64,000 nucleotides of DNA, from NCBI RefSeq assembly GCF_009914755.1, contig NC_060927.1. One strand, given 5' to 3'. Positions 1-17,700 of the stretch are shown piece after piece. The notes beneath the pieces are model-generated. The model worked only from the letters and a program-made list of their open reading frames with translations. It ran no database searches and was not told the origin of the DNA. Numbering within the stretch: position 1 is the first letter of the stretch; every line of letters starts with the position of its first letter. Made by a program: the position numbers and the translations under genes. Origin of the DNA: the human T2T-CHM13v2.0 reference genome, Homo sapiens.

Positions 1-865
1 AGAAATTTGGAAACCAGAGACAGTGGGAAGCCTATTAGAAAACAGTTCATTGGGCCAGAGATTTAGCTACAATAAGAGACAAGAGCAGAGGGGCCCAATT
101 AACTCAGTATTTTAATTTGCCTTGTGGAGTGGTTAAAAAAAAAAAAAAAAAAGAGCTCAGGACTTTTGCTTTTGTTTTAGTTTGCTTACAGAACAAAAAT
201 AACTTCAATGTTTAAAAATTGGAGGGTATAAAATCATGTAGAAAATGAGAGCAATATTAAAAGACACTAGGAGAAATTATAAATTATTCCAAAGCCACTA
301 AGAAATAAGTATTCTTTCCTATTCTGTGCTTTCTTTTAGACCTCTTCTCTCTCCCTGCACATACGTTTCTAAAATTTCATATAAAAGCGACATATTATGC
401 ACATTGTTGGGATACATTTAATAACTCCCTATGCCCCTCTCAATAATGTTCAGGCCAGACCCCTTCATGCTGATATGGCCCTTCCAGATCAACCTTGTCC
501 AGTTTTCTGGAATAATCTCTCGTCTACATACTCATAACCCACTAGGTTCCTACCTCTCTTATCTTGAATTCCTGGAAACAACATCCTTCTAACCCGCCAC
601 TCCACCCCACTGCAATCCTTTGAAGAGCTTCAAGCTGAGATGGGAGTGTGTGATCAACTTTGTATTTCTGAAAGCTAACTGGCAGCAGCATTCAGAATGA
701 ATTGTCAAGAGTGGGGGGAAAATTAGATATAAGTAGTCCGGGTATTTATTGCACTAATTCCAGGTGAACAAAAGCTAGAGGCATAGACCAGAGTTGTGGC
801 AGTGGAGACAGAAAGTAGGTGAATTTGAGAGATGCTTGGGAGATGCAATCAGGCATATGTTAGAT

Positions 866-905
866 GCTATCTATCTATCTATCTCCCTATCTGTCTGTCT
901 ATCAT
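866..905. repeat. (TATC)n/(TGTC)n microsatellite
   Basis: ctatctatctatctatct...ctgtctgtctatc read directly. Confidence 0.85.
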
Positions 906-1654
906 TATCATCATTTTTGTAGTTATTGTGCTCTGGCCCTTAAATTTAATGATTATGAAGCTCATGATTAAAATACATGGAGTCAGAGGCTTTGTAAAAC
1001 CAGCTTAATTATTCTAGCCAGCAACATAGTTTCACTGTCAAGTTGAACCTGATCTAGCCAAAAATAGGTTTGATTTAAACTGTATCACAGAATAAATGGT
1101 CTCAAATCTTTTATATTGGTTGTCAGAAAAGAATGGAGTTAATTTTATTTGAAGACATCCTTTAATGAAGGCTTTATATCAAAAACTATAACCACTTATC
1201 ACCTTGCAAGAAAATGACTGAGCTCCTGTTAATGTCATTTATTACATTTCTTGTGTAATTTTTGACCTGAGAGTTGTAATCAGCTGGAACCTCTGCCCTT
1301 CTAGCACCTTCTACATCTCCACACATGTGTGGACCTGTTTCTTGAAAAACCTAGGTAATGTCTGAGCTTTTTATTCAGGAGATTAGGGTGTGGCATGCTG
1401 TACCTGGAATTCACCAAAAGAGATGTCTTTTAAAGGTGGGTGAACACAACTAAATATTATTTTCCAAGCCACTCGGATACCATCCCATGGAGTCTAAAAG
1501 ACCAACAAAAAATGGCATAAAGGATTAATGCCTGGTTTTCAAAATGAAATGAAGTACATTGTTTTTAAGACTCAATGTAATAAAATGCCCTCTGGGACCC
1601 TTTAGTGTTGCATAAATTCAGCACACTTTAAAATAATGAAAATGATAACTTTTA

Positions 1655-1885
1655 GCTAACAACAGTTATTAAGGATTTACTATGTGCCAGGTATCATGCT
1701 AAGCATTTTTCATGCCTTCTTTGATTACTCTTCACAGCAACACTCTGAAGTAGATACATTACAATTCATATTTTACAGATGAAAGAAATGAAATTCAGAG
1801 AGGGTAATAAACTCATCTGTGGTCACACCTTCTTCAAGTGGTAGAGCAGGGGATTGCAGTTCAAGCATTCTGACTCTATAGGTCA
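1655..1885 (-). mobile_element. MIR SINE
   Basis: tactatgtgccagg...attttacagatgaaagaaatgaaattcagagagggt...ctgactct matches the reverse MIR core. Confidence 0.8.
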
Positions 1886-2907
1886 CATCACCAAACCACA
1901 GCTGTGCAACGCTGCCCCATGCCAGGATAATACACGTCTACATGTTTTTCATCATCATGATAATTAACACTTGGGTTAATTAAGCTTGAGAACTTACACT
2001 ATGTACCATTATAATCTTCCATGCCCCCAAACTTTTAGTGTCTTACCAGCCTTTCAAAGTTAGTAAGGTAGAATGGGGACCATAACCTCAGTCTTCTGAC
2101 ACTCAGTGCTGATGAGTGTGATGTATCAGCATCATATAATCTATTTCCAAGTCTGTACTGGCAGTCCTGAATTTACCTACTTCCTGTCCTGAATTTACCT
2201 ACTCTTCTGCTCATGCAGAAAAGTAGCTGAGCATTTTACAAATTAAGGAACATTAGATTTGTTAAAGGTAATTATTTGTATGTTTTAACCATCTACCATG
2301 ATGTGATAAAAACTCTTGTTCATCATAAGTAATAGACTTGACAATTTAATATTAATAACTACATTCACGTTCGATTCTCACCTATATTACAGTACACTGC
2401 CAGTAACAAGAATCTACTAACCATTTTAAGATAAAAAGATCTTACTTAAGACAATAAATTAAAATGCATCACATTCTGGGCACATGCTTTAATCCAATTC
2501 ATGAATGCGTACATTTCTCTTCTCTATGGAAAATTGGGTGATTTAGCTATAACATACAGACTTTTCTGTATGCAATAAATTTAGTTTCTGGTTCTTCCTA
2601 AACAGTGGAGATATCTCCAAAACACAACTTTTTTATTCATCCTGAAAGAAAAATATAAAACATAAGAAAAATATCAGCTTTGGGGGTGAAGTAATCTTGG
2701 TGTAATTTTAATCTTTTTTGAGGGTTTAGCTTTGCCTAAATTAAATATACTCTAACGTGGCTCTTCATATAGCTATTTGCTGTGATTTTATATATAGACA
2801 TAGATATCAATATAGATTTAGATATATAGAAAGAGGAATCAGGAGGCAAAATTTAAAGAGCCAAAAGCAGGAAAACAAATGTCCCTGTACCAGTACGTTG
2901 GGTGCCC

Positions 2908-3282
2908 TGTGGCAGATTAGATCATAGCCCTATCACTTCTTACCCAGTGCCAAGGGATTTGCAGTACCTCCCACTGGTCAAAAGTAGCAGTGTGTCCTTT
3001 CAGAGCCAGGGTGTCAAATGTTTCCACATACCCTCCTACACTTCTGCTATTCATTATTAGAAGAACATATACCAGGTAGCCACTGATCTAACAAGGCTGG
3101 CAGACTCATGAAACTGACTCCTTGAGTCCCCTGAAGTGGACCACCTAGCAGCTTGAAGCAGAGTCATCCTTGCTGACTTGCAGAACAACGATCAAGAGAA
3201 ATAACTGTTCCCTCTTTTAAGCCACTGAGACATTTAGGTTGTTTCTTATGCAGTATTATGGCAGCAATAGCTAACTGCTAAA
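2908..3282 (+). mobile_element. MaLR solo LTR (MLT1 family)
   Basis: Starts tgtggcaga; ends ttttaagccactgaga...ggttgtttcttatgcag...gcaatagctaactg, a typical MLT1 3' end. Confidence 0.7.
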
Positions 3283-3984
3283 ACCCATAAGATATACCTA
3301 AAATAAAGGGATGAGAAAAAGAGTGATCTAAAATTTTCTGTCTGCTGCTGTAAGTGAATGCTCCTCTCCATCAACAGTGGAGAAATTGATCAGTGCCACT
3401 GCATTCGGAGCCTGGAGGGGACAACCACTTTATTTTAAGAGAAAATACACCATCTGTGTGATATGTATAGAAACAACCTATGCTCTTCTTTTGTAAAATT
3501 CTTTGGGAAAACCATTCATCAATAGCAAATGCCCTTGTGTATTCAGTCTGATTCTGACATAAAAGATGAATAATGGTAGGCATTAGTATCAGTTAATATT
3601 TAGCTCGCTTCTGAAAATAGCCATAGATGACTTTAATTGAACCATTCCAAGTCACATGTCCCATTTTAATCTAAAATGTCTCCCTGAGATTGGCATGATA
3701 ACTTCAAAAATCTTAAGGGAAACATAATCTATGGGAAATAGAAGCTGTTAAGGTTTTGTGAGATATTAGCACTTTGCATAAGAACCAAGGTACTCACTGT
3801 ACCCAAGGGTTTTCCATCAGTTGAGCTGCAGTTCATTGAGAAGAGTAGGCATCAGGAGCATCACAAATCTACACCTCACTTTCTCATCTACATTCTAGTG
3901 TCAACATGCATTGTGAGTTGGAAGCATGGCCTGGTATGATTCACAAGGAATGCTTTACAATCTGTGTCACTATACATGTCACAA

Positions 3985-4215
3985 CTATAGAGAGATAGAG
4001 ATCCAGGTTTGAATCTTGGATTTTCCATTTATTAGAAAATTACATGGGGTGGTTTAAATTCTATGAACTTTAGTTTCTTCAACTGTAAAATAAGAGATAA
4101 AAATAACTCTCTAGTAGAGTTATTAAGAAGGTTAAATGAGATAATATATAGAAAGTACATAGTAAGGAGAACTCACCTTCTTGGTACTATAAAGCGTGCC
4201 AACCATAGCCATTAG
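3985..4215 (+). mobile_element. MIR SINE
   Basis: ggtttgaatc...tagtttcttcaactgtaaaataagagataa...gttaaatgagataat, MIR core. Confidence 0.75.
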
Positions 4216-5009
4216 TTGTTTGTGCTGTTCCTGAATACAGCCCCTGTGTAACCTTATATGGTGTGTGGTATTCTTCTCCCTGGGGATGTGAGTATATGTG
4301 ACTAATAAATGGCTATCAATGTCATCTGCCCAGTATGTATAAGGTGTTGTATGTTTAGTCATCCCTATAACTCTTGGGCAAGAACCCGTCTCTTAACAAT
4401 GTGTTGAACAGGGTATGATCAAAAGAAATAAGCACCACATTAAAAATAATGAATGGTAATTGATGTTATAATTTTCAAGGAAAATAAACCCTAATATTGC
4501 TTTCCAGCCGCCCAGAAACACCTTTACAGTTGCTTCTCTCCAAAGCAGAGGGGTTGCCAGCTTCTGTACTGTCCAGAAGCTGACATTTGGAGCTAGGGAT
4601 AGGGAAGAGGAGTGAGAGCCATAACTGCAGCAAAAAGGGGCGTTTGGCCTATGTGATTCCTGATCACTGTGGCCCACAATATAAAGAAAACAGAAATGAA
4701 AGTCCAGTTCCATAGTCACTATCACTATCTCAACATCTCTAGGATCTCTTATGCCACCGTGATCTTATGCGATCACCTCAGGGACATGTCAGTGTTATTG
4801 ACAGTGTATTCCTGGAAACTTCCTGGAAGCTTCTTGGCCTGTGAGCCCAGATATAAACCCAAAAGTAGATGAGGGGAAGCTTGAGCTCAAAAAGGACCTC
4901 TGAGGGTTCTTAGAAAGCTAGAGACGGAGATAGTATATCCTCAGTTGTTGGTTCCTGCTGCTTCCTGAGGAACACTTCTTCATGAATCTTCAGTCATTAC
5001 ACTAAATAA

Positions 5010-5120
5010 GAAGCAGGGGTGTATTGTTCACTGTAGCCTTCACAGTACTTAGTATGATGCCTCACATTTAAAGGACTTTCAACAAACTTGTGTTTAATGA
5101 AATATTATTTGAATGAATGC
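5010..5120 (+). mobile_element. L2 3' end fragment
   Basis: tattgttcactgtagcc...cagtacttagtatgatgcct...tttgaatgaatg tail. Confidence 0.6.
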
Positions 5121-7787
5121 GAAAGTGAAATGAATTTACTGTACACTTAATACAATAAAAGTATAAGAATTATAAAATATGGTCCCTAAAATTAAGGAAA
5201 CTGCAGTATTTTTGAGAAGACAAAACCCCAGAACTATATGAAGGAAGGGGAAACTCAGTGTGCACAAGGAGAATTGTTGGTGACTCCTTGAAGAAGGTAA
5301 TAATTGAGTCTGAAAAGAGAAGAAATTTGGTCAGCCAGGTGTGAGAACAGGGTGAGCAAATACCTGTGCTTTCGCATTTAAGAATACTCTACATGTTTCT
5401 TGCCCCTTATTTCAAGAAGGAAAGAAACATGTAGATAAATAGGCACATGTTGTCCTGCAAGAAATGCCTGTGAGCCTTTCAAATAAATTGTCTTTTATGC
5501 ATCGTACTGAAAGTATGCAAATTAAATCAAAGGATTTCTCATAATAAAAGATAGCAATTTTGTCCCAGTTACCTTTTGAACAACATTATCAATGTTTGAA
5601 TTTCCGATCTATGAAATGCAGTGTACCCAGTGTGACACTAAAATACAGTAGATACAATGTAAATGAATTCCCATCTCAGAAATAAACTCATGAAAAGTGT
5701 CAGTTTTCCCTTGATGCTCTTGTTCATTATTTGCAGAATAAAAAGAGAGTCATGGTATAAAAAAGACTTGACAAAGCAATGTTGAAGCGACAAATATCTG
5801 AGGCATAGAGTTGAAATGTGGCATAAAATATGATCACTAAAGGAAAATAATGATACCTTTCAAATAAAAAAAAAAATCCTCACTATAGAAATAGAAAAAT
5901 GGTATTCATGCTGTTAGGAAGACATGAAGTCAAATTCATTCCTACTGTTAAGGTGTGGTTCTATGTCAAAATATTAGAACTAGAAATTGAAATATAGGTT
6001 TAAGAGCCTGGATTAATGGACGAAAATCACGTTAGTAAGCTAAAAGAAGTTCCTAACCTTCAGGATAAAATAAATTGTGTTTGGAGACAGCATTCCAACT
6101 CCATTGTGAACAGGAGAGATACAGAACATTCACTGATAATTTAGAAGTGTTTTATGACTGAGGTAAATAGCTTCTAGGTATCATTTTTTAACATACACAC
6201 ATGTGCATTCATGCACACACACACAAACACATGCACTGTTCCTTAGTTACTATTTTGAAATAGAGACTTCATTTTTAAACCAAATGAAAAATATTATCTT
6301 TATGTCTGATTAATTTACCTCAATAGCTCACCCTCACCAAAAATTCTGAAGGATACAATGCTTTCCTTTAGTTAGAAACTTGAGATAACTAACATTGTGT
6401 TGTATTGATTAGTCTCTTCCAGGGATTAGGAATTTGTGATTTGGGCTTAGAGAGTCTCTGTCATGGTAATACAAATGCTTTTTGAATTAACTCGGGGAAA
6501 GGGGTGAATGCTTTTGTAGTCATTGTAAGGCCATGCTATTAGTTTATGAAAGAAAACCAAAATTAAATTAACATGAGGAATAGTTGTTTCTCAAGACTTT
6601 CAGACTTGAGACTTAGGAAAGAAATTAAACCTTATGGTATTGTGATGTGTTTGAATTTAAATATCCCTAAAGGGAACAATTTACTGCTTGGAATAGAACC
6701 CCTCTCTCATTCTTCCCCTTTCTGAGTGAATGGGAACCAAGCTCATCCCCCACACAATGTCCAAGCTTTTGGACACTGAGATCAGAGCAATATCAACAAA
6801 GCAAAGGATAAAAACGTTGCCAACTGATGCCCACGAGTATCAAATTTATAGGGCATAAAAAGGGGAAAATAAGAGACTAAGAGTTGATCATATTCTTGGT
6901 AAATCTGGTGGTTCCCCAAATTAAAAAAAATGAACAGTGGGGACCTGAGTAAAAAAGAACTAAAGGGGAAAAAGTTTCAGAAGTAGGATGGGAAACAAGC
7001 AACAGAATGTCCTGGTGAAAGCTCCTTCTAGGAAGGACGCCTTCCAGAGTATTACTTGTTTCATGGGCGTTACCTAAAACTGGGTATAGGACCTGGTGCC
7101 AAACACCCTATTCCCCTCCTCAGCTCTCTACTCCTTTGGAGTAATCTCTCAAACCCCTTTAGGTAAGGACATTGAAATTCTTCTTTGAATTCCACTTAAT
7201 ATAGAAGTGGATTTCCTTTATTCCTGATTATCAGTAAGCAGAGGTAGCACCCTCACAACAAACCACCGGTCAGGAAGGAGCTTCTCTCTGAGGCCAGACA
7301 CACAGTGGGAAGCACAGAATGATTCCCTCCAACCTGCCAACTTTTCCTCAGAGAGCAAACCTGTGAGCAGAGAAAAACTAGTAGTGCAGGGCAGTTCCTT
7401 CTTTGGTTGCTATGCTTCAGTTATGTTTTCCAGTTACAGAACTATTTCAACATGAAAAAATAAATCAAGAAAATCAGTTTGGGCCCGATCTGTGGGATAG
7501 CCAACAAGTCAAATATCGAGTAGAAAACCTTGCCCAAGCAGTCAATGCCTTGCATCAGGCACCCTGAGCAGAAGGTCCACAAAACTGTACCAGCCATCAG
7601 GTGGAGGCCCAAAATACAGATGTTCAGTTCACTCCAAATGGAGTCAAAGCCTCCACAGCAGTTTCTCATGTAGGTCATTACCCAAGGAAATTTAGCAGGA
7701 AATGGAGATGGAGAAGAGGGAGTAAGAGTAAGGGAGAAAAGGCTAGGGCAAAAATGGTGTGAATTCTGTGGCCTTTAGAATTTAGTC

Positions 7788-7956
7788 CAGTGGGTCTCAA
7801 TCTTGACCACGCATTAGAATCACCTTGGGGAACTTTAAAAGTCCCAGTGCCCATGCCACACCTTGGACCAATTAACTCAGCATTTTGAAGGGTGGGACTC
7901 AAGTTAATTTAGGCTCCTCAAGTGACTTCAACGTGCAAGAAGATTGTGAACCATGA
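7788..7956. mobile_element. MER5A-type hAT-Charlie MITE
   Basis: cagtgggtctcaatctt...cattagaatcacct...ttgtgaaccatg. Confidence 0.75.
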
Positions 7957-7990
7957 CACTGGTCCATTTTTATGTCAGAAAGCGATGGGA

Positions 7991-8270
7991 GGCTGTGCAC
8001 GGTGGCTCATGTCTGTAATCCCAGCACTTTGGGAGGACCAGGTGGGAGGATCACTTGAGGTCAGGAATTCGAGAACAGCCTAGCCAACACAGTGAAACCC
8101 CGTCTCTACTAAAAATACAAAAATTAGCCAGGCATGGTGGCGGGCACCTGTAATCCCAGCTACTCAGGAGGCTGAGGCATGAAAATTGCTTGAACCAGGG
8201 AGGCAGAGGATACAGTGAGCCAGAATTGTGTCACTGCACTCCAGCCTGGGCAACAGGGTAAGATTTCATT
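7991..8270 (+). mobile_element. AluS, full length, decayed tail
   Basis: Dimeric Alu with taaaaatacaaaaattag linker; S-type cacttgaggtcagga. Confidence 0.95.
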
Positions 8271-8765
8271 TTTTAAAGTTGAAATAAAAAATGAGACCTG
8301 AAAAATCAGATACAAGAGGCAAAATTAAGCCTTAGAAATATGATCAGTCTCCATAGGGTCAGTAGAGTGGAAGGTGAGTGTACAGGGAGGTGAATTTGGG
8401 TAAATAACTTTGGATCAGACTGTAGTAAAGTTTCAGGTTCCAGAGGCATCTTTATATAGTATCAGGTATGTAATTAAAGAGATCTATTGGTTCTGAGAAA
8501 TCAGATGCACTGCCTTAATCCCAGTCCTTGGGATTTCCAGGTAGGCCATATATCGATGAGTAGGTGACTTAGGTGAAATGGCCTTTCCTGCTTTTCCTCT
8601 AGCTGAATGGTGAGAACATAGATTGTGTCCAGCTGGGACAATTCTTCCTTTAGTTAATCATACCCCTAATGAATTTCAACCATATGTCTAGGGATAAAAT
8701 TCCCCCACCCAGCATGTTCTGCAGGGGACAACAATTGGTGCTGACCTGGTGAGCAGAAAGAATCA

Positions 8766-12069
<3,304 letters not shown>

Positions 12070-15049
12070 ACAATGAGGACACATGGACACAGGAAGGGGA
12101 ACATCACACTCTGGGTACTGTTGTGGGGTGGGGGGAGTGGGGAGGGATAGCATTGGGAGATATACCTAATGCTAGATGATGAGTTAGCGGGTGCAGCGCA
12201 CCAGCATGGCACATGTATACATATGTAACTAACCTGCACATTGTGCACATGTACCCTAAAACTTAAAGTATAGCAATAATAAAAAAAAGAAATGCCTTGT
12301 CTTATAAATGACATCTTTATTTACCCAAAAAAGAAATAATTTAAAACATTGACATCATTTCCATCATTTTCATACTGTACTCATTCCATACAGGTAAATC
12401 TGGTTTTCAGTTTCCCACTGAAGCTCTATTCCAATTTATTTCTATTATTGCATGTGGGTCTCTAGAGACACTAAGAATCATTTCTTTAAAAGTTATATTC
12501 CTTGAAACCATTGTGAAACAATTCCAGAAACAGTCCCATCCTCACTAGAATTAATAACAAACCTCTCACTCATCCCACCATTCTTAGTAGAGTCCAATTT
12601 TGAGTCCCAGCCATTGAAGCCTTCTCCTTAAATCAGCAGTCAGCAAATTTTACTTGGATATCTAGGCTTTGGGTTTAAGCATTAGGTTTAATTGAAAAAA
12701 ACACACAAAGAAACAAACAAAAAAAAAACAGAAAGGAAAAGAAGAAACTAGTCCTCGGCTCAGCAAATTAATCTGGATAATCCAAATACAAATCCTTTTG
12801 TTAGGGACAGATTTGAAAAGCCTCAATCAACACAAATGGAACCTTTCATAAAAGCTTCTCTCTGCCACATAATATTTCGCTCTCTTATTCTTAAAAAGCA
12901 GGCCTTTCCAATGAGATGCCTAACACTCTGCATTATTTAGTCTTTTTAATCCTTTCTAAAGTTTTACTACATTAAAAAATAAGATCAAGGAATTGCAGGT
13001 GTCACAATAATAACATGTTTCTACAATTTGCAAAATTATTCCTGAAATTGCATACTTTAGCCTATTACTTCCTTTATTTATGCTTATAGTTATCCTTTTC
13101 TATTTTCAATTGTCATTCTTTCCTCTCCCTTTCAACCCTTTCTTCCTTCTCCCCTTTTGCTGCCAAGTACAAAGCCACCTTAGAATATATTCTAGAGAAA
13201 TACATCTTTCCTGATTTTTCAGAGACAGATTCTTTTCATGAAATCCTATCTCCTTTTCAATGGAATGTCGCATTTGGTTTATAGGATGCTTCAAGACTTC
13301 TCAGTTTCTTTGGAGCTGGAGATGAAGGGAAGAATGGAAACTCATAACTTGGAGGAAGTTTCCTATTTTTATCTGTAATGTTCAAGTTGACAGTTCTCCT
13401 TATAGGTGACTTTTATCACTTTAAAAATTGGAGGAGGACAAAGATTTGTCTATTTCCCTTCTAAAGAAAAAAAAAAGCACAGCAATTTTGAAAACTCTGT
13501 CGAAATAATGCTTTCTCAAGGACAGATTGCTTCTTTTATTTCAGAGGTTTCTGGAATTCCACAGCACTCTTCCAGGAGAACCGCCTAGTGTCCAAAGATT
13601 GGAAACGTTATAATTCAGTTGGAGGCCATACACTCAGGAAAATAAGTGGTTAGGCCCAGGAACAACTATCATGATGAAATTTAGCATTTGTAATCAACTT
13701 CGCCAAGAGCTATAGCTCAGCTTCAGGTCAAGATACAGCCAATCTTCATTTTATACAAATGATCTCAGAAGAAATTATTCTGGTCAATTGAATATGTAAA
13801 CTAGGTTATTCTAAATGTGGTTCATTAATTGTATACAAGCACATACCACACTGTATAGTGAGTATCATCCTGTGCTTTTCTGTCTCCATCAAATAGCTGT
13901 TTAATATTAAAGTCAAGAACTATGTTATATTTATCTTTGTTGGCACATACTCAATGTGTAGGAGACACAAGCACAAGTTAGGCATTGTTTTAATGTGGCA
14001 AGCAATGAAAAATGCAACTCAAATTGGCTTAAATAGTAATCTGAGCAATCTAGAAGTAATGTTAAACTGCAGATAAAGCTTGATCCAGAAGCAATGAAGA
14101 TGTCTTCAGGTACCTTACACACTTAGTATGTAAGCAAAAGTTTAAAAGTATTTAAAATTATTTGAGAGTTTATAAGCATTTCTTCCCCAGGGTATCTGTG
14201 GTACCAAAGGAAAGATGATCAGTCCCTTTAAGTCAAAGTCATGTGATTGGAAGAAGATTTAAAAGGGTCTCACACAGCACCCTGCCACAAGTACTTTCAA
14301 ACATGTGCCTAATGGTTGAAAATTATTTAACAGTGGACTAAGGTGTTCTAAAGAGACCAGACTTATAAGGCAAGCATCTTTGAATGAAAAGAAAAACCGG
14401 AACAGATCTTCCCTCCAGAATGAGTGATTGAGAGAATCTTTGCAAGAGAGAAGAGTTGAGTTATGGACCAAGTGGAAGCAATGCATGTAAAGGATGAAAC
14501 CACTGTTCCTGCCACTTGGAGATGTTGTTCCTCTGCTTTTCTCCTCACGAACACCTACTGATCCTAAAAAACCTTGCTCTTATTCATTCTTATATCCCCA
14601 GTTGCTGAATTAGGGCCTGGTTCAAAATAGGCTCTGAATAAATATTTGTTGAGGAAAAGCTTATTGAGACCCATTCTATTGTAAAGGAATAAAGGAGATG
14701 TTGGTCATATAAATCCAAACTCCAGTAGCCCTCATGGCAGAGACATCAGTCATGTTGTGTCTAAGGCCTATCTCAAGAGCAACCCTGAAAAGGCAGCCAA
14801 AGCTTGTGTGAGGAGGACCCCTGGCACCTTGTAAGATCTTATTCTCTGACACAGACTGCACAGATGGGGAACAGTCTCTATACAAAAATACACAGCAGTC
14901 ACTTTCTGATGTTTTTAAAAATAGAAACTTATTTAAAATTTGAATTGTATAAAGTACTTCAAGGGTTTAAGATATCATCAAAAACTTTTTGTTTGCAGAA
15001 TTGTGGGTAAAATGTCAGTTTTGAAAAGGGCAAATTTCTCAAATGCTAT

Positions 15050-15103
15050 TGACAGAAAAAAATTCAATAACAAACATGACAGAAAAGAATTCAACAACAA
15101 ACA
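15050..15103. repeat. 27-bp tandem duplication
   Basis: tgacagaaaaaaattcaataacaaaca / tgacagaaaagaattcaacaacaaaca (25/27). Confidence 0.9.
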
Positions 15104-16768
15104 ACAAACAAACAAAAAGTACCAGCTAAGATTCCTGTTGGGAGTAACTTTTCTTTATTGAGCTTCTTGATGTTTATCATGCATGTCAGGGTGCTTTACG
15201 AGGTGGAAAAGAAAAAAAAGACAGTAGGAATAAAAATATATGTTACATTGACCTCACTCTAAAAATATTTTGGATATTAAATTACAAATTCATGTGGAAG
15301 CTAAAGGAGGAGGAATGAAGTACTTATTTTTAGCTTTATATCATTTATTCATTCTTTTATTCATCCATATCATCCTTCATTTCAAAAATGATTTTCATGC
15401 AACTTAAAAACATTTAAACACTATAGAGTGGTATATGGGTAGCTGTTTAATACTTTACTTTGAGGGTCAATCACTGCAGAGAAAGGACTGAGTGAGGGCA
15501 CTAACTGTCACCCAAGAGTAATTTTTCTGACAATAAGCAAGAGGAAAGACAGTGCAAGAGTTATACATTAAATAAAATGAAGTTTTTATTTAAAAGGCAG
15601 TCCATTTGGTTTTCTACCTGGTATGCCATCCTATCACTTACAGCCAGGCACATTCTGCCACCATAAATATAGACTCTCTTGTCTCTTGGGAAGAGAAGCT
15701 TCAAATTGGTGAGATGGTAGGTAGGATGAATTGGGACTGGATGGGTCAAGCACTCAGCAGAGAGTTGTGAGTTGGGTAGAATGAAATGAGCTCTCTTCCT
15801 CTGTGATCCCACAGAACTCAAATATAAGCTTATTTTCTCTAAGAAACCATGAGGTTGGGAAGAGGGCAGGGTTGAGTAACAAGCTAGATTTGAGCAATGC
15901 CTACATTGAACATGTCACAAACACAGGATCAGAGTGGAAGATGCCATAAGGAATTGCAAATAGTAATTCATGGACATGTCAAGGAGAGCCATGTTTTTAC
16001 AACTCTCCAGTGAAGGAAAGGTCCCAAGTGATATCTAGATTCCATATAGCTGCAGAGCCAACAGCAAGTCACTTTCTGCTTTCCTTCCCTCTACTCCATA
16101 TTTGCCCCACTCATGTCAAGCTTTTCATCACCACTCCTGTGTCTTCTGGCCCCAAATAGGAGGTATTCTGAAAGATCACTACATGAACCTTTCCATTTGG
16201 ACTTCATTCATGGCCTTTCTACACTTGACACACTGAAGCTAACACCTACTTAGGTCTTAGTTTACACATCAGAATTCGTGTCCCTGCTTTAAAGAATCAT
16301 TGACTTTCCCATGGAGAAATTTTTAAAATTGCCTTAAAAAGTGTTAACTAGATGCCTGCATCTCATTACTGTTTCTAATTTCTGTCTGAATACCTCAGAT
16401 TCGGATTTTAGGAAGTTTCATTTTTAGTTTATTCTCATTGAAGAATATACTGAATGAGGTGATCTATGGGACCACCTCTCAAGGGGGAAAAGAAGAGTCA
16501 ACATTATGCAGGCTACAAAAGTCTTACTTCAGACTAAAAAAGTAATTGTAGCCCTGCAAATTGCCTTTATTACCAAAAATATAGCACCTGTCTGCTGAGG
16601 AGTAGCCTCACTTATTTCATATGAAGCAGCTTCTTGATACTAATTACAAACATCATCAAGCATGCTATACCCAGCTGAATTCCTTAAAGTCCAGGCCCAG
16701 CTCACTGCCAACCAAATAGTTCTCTGAAGCAAATGGAAGATACAAGTTTGAGGTGGCACTGTGTGGTG

Positions 16769-17700
16769 ATGACTTCCCCGGAAAGTAGAGTTATAAGAGT
16801 ACTGGAAGGCCCCTATCCTTCATAAATGTAATTGCTAGCTACTGGTACTTGAAAAATAAACAATTCTAACCTCTGTGTATCTCCATTTAATAAACAAATG
16901 GCCCTTGGGAAACTCACTTGCTTGTTAATATATTGCTGTTTGTATTCCTCATTTAATCTGATGGAACAAAGAAAGCAAATAAACAGGCATGATGATGAAG
17001 AACCAAGGTGCAGTCATGTCCAGGACACCTTGTCCCTTATAGTAATTCTAGCTCCAATCCATGTGGACATTTGGGAAGTAATGTGGAGCATGTGGTACAA
17101 GCAAAAAGCGGTGTGACCCCAGACAAATGATCACTTTCTCTGTTAATGATTCCCTCAATGAAAATAAGAGACAAGAGCTAGATAATTATGGAGGGCCCCT
17201 CCCTTAACAACACAGGTGGTGGAGACTGTCTTTTCGTAAGTCCAATCTTCTTTCTGTTGTTTATGAAATAAAGTTCAAATTTATCATGTCAGCTTTACAT
17301 GCCCTTAACAATCTGACCCCAATTTATATTGCACTTCTCTTCCCTCCCCCCGTGCAGACAGCCACAATTTATTCTCAAGAAGGCAGGAGATAAGTACACT
17401 TATTCTGAGCTTCAGAAAATGGGTGACACCTGTGGGCCTTCCCCCATTTGTCCCTAGCCCGAGCTTTTTGCTTCTTTGGATGCCTCGGCTGACCCAGATC
17501 CTGGCACATTGTAAGTATTCAATAAGTAATTGTAATGAAGAAACACAATAACTTACTTCTTCCAGGGCCCTTTATTTATTAAATGAAGATGGACAAAGGT
17601 TAAAGTTGTTTATTTTTCAAGTACCAGTAGCTAGCAATTACATTTATGAAGTATAGGGATCTTCCAGTACACTTGTAGCTCTACCTCCTGGGGATATCAT
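16769..17700. repeat. 137-bp ungapped inverted repeat (arms 16769-16905 and 17564-17700)
   Basis: Hand alignment 118/137 identical; perfect 46-bp core 16818-16863 vs 17606-17651. Confidence 0.95.

Noticed and set aside
1318-1333. 16-bp palindrome tccacacatgtgtgga
   Set aside because: About one such palindrome is expected by chance in 64 kb.
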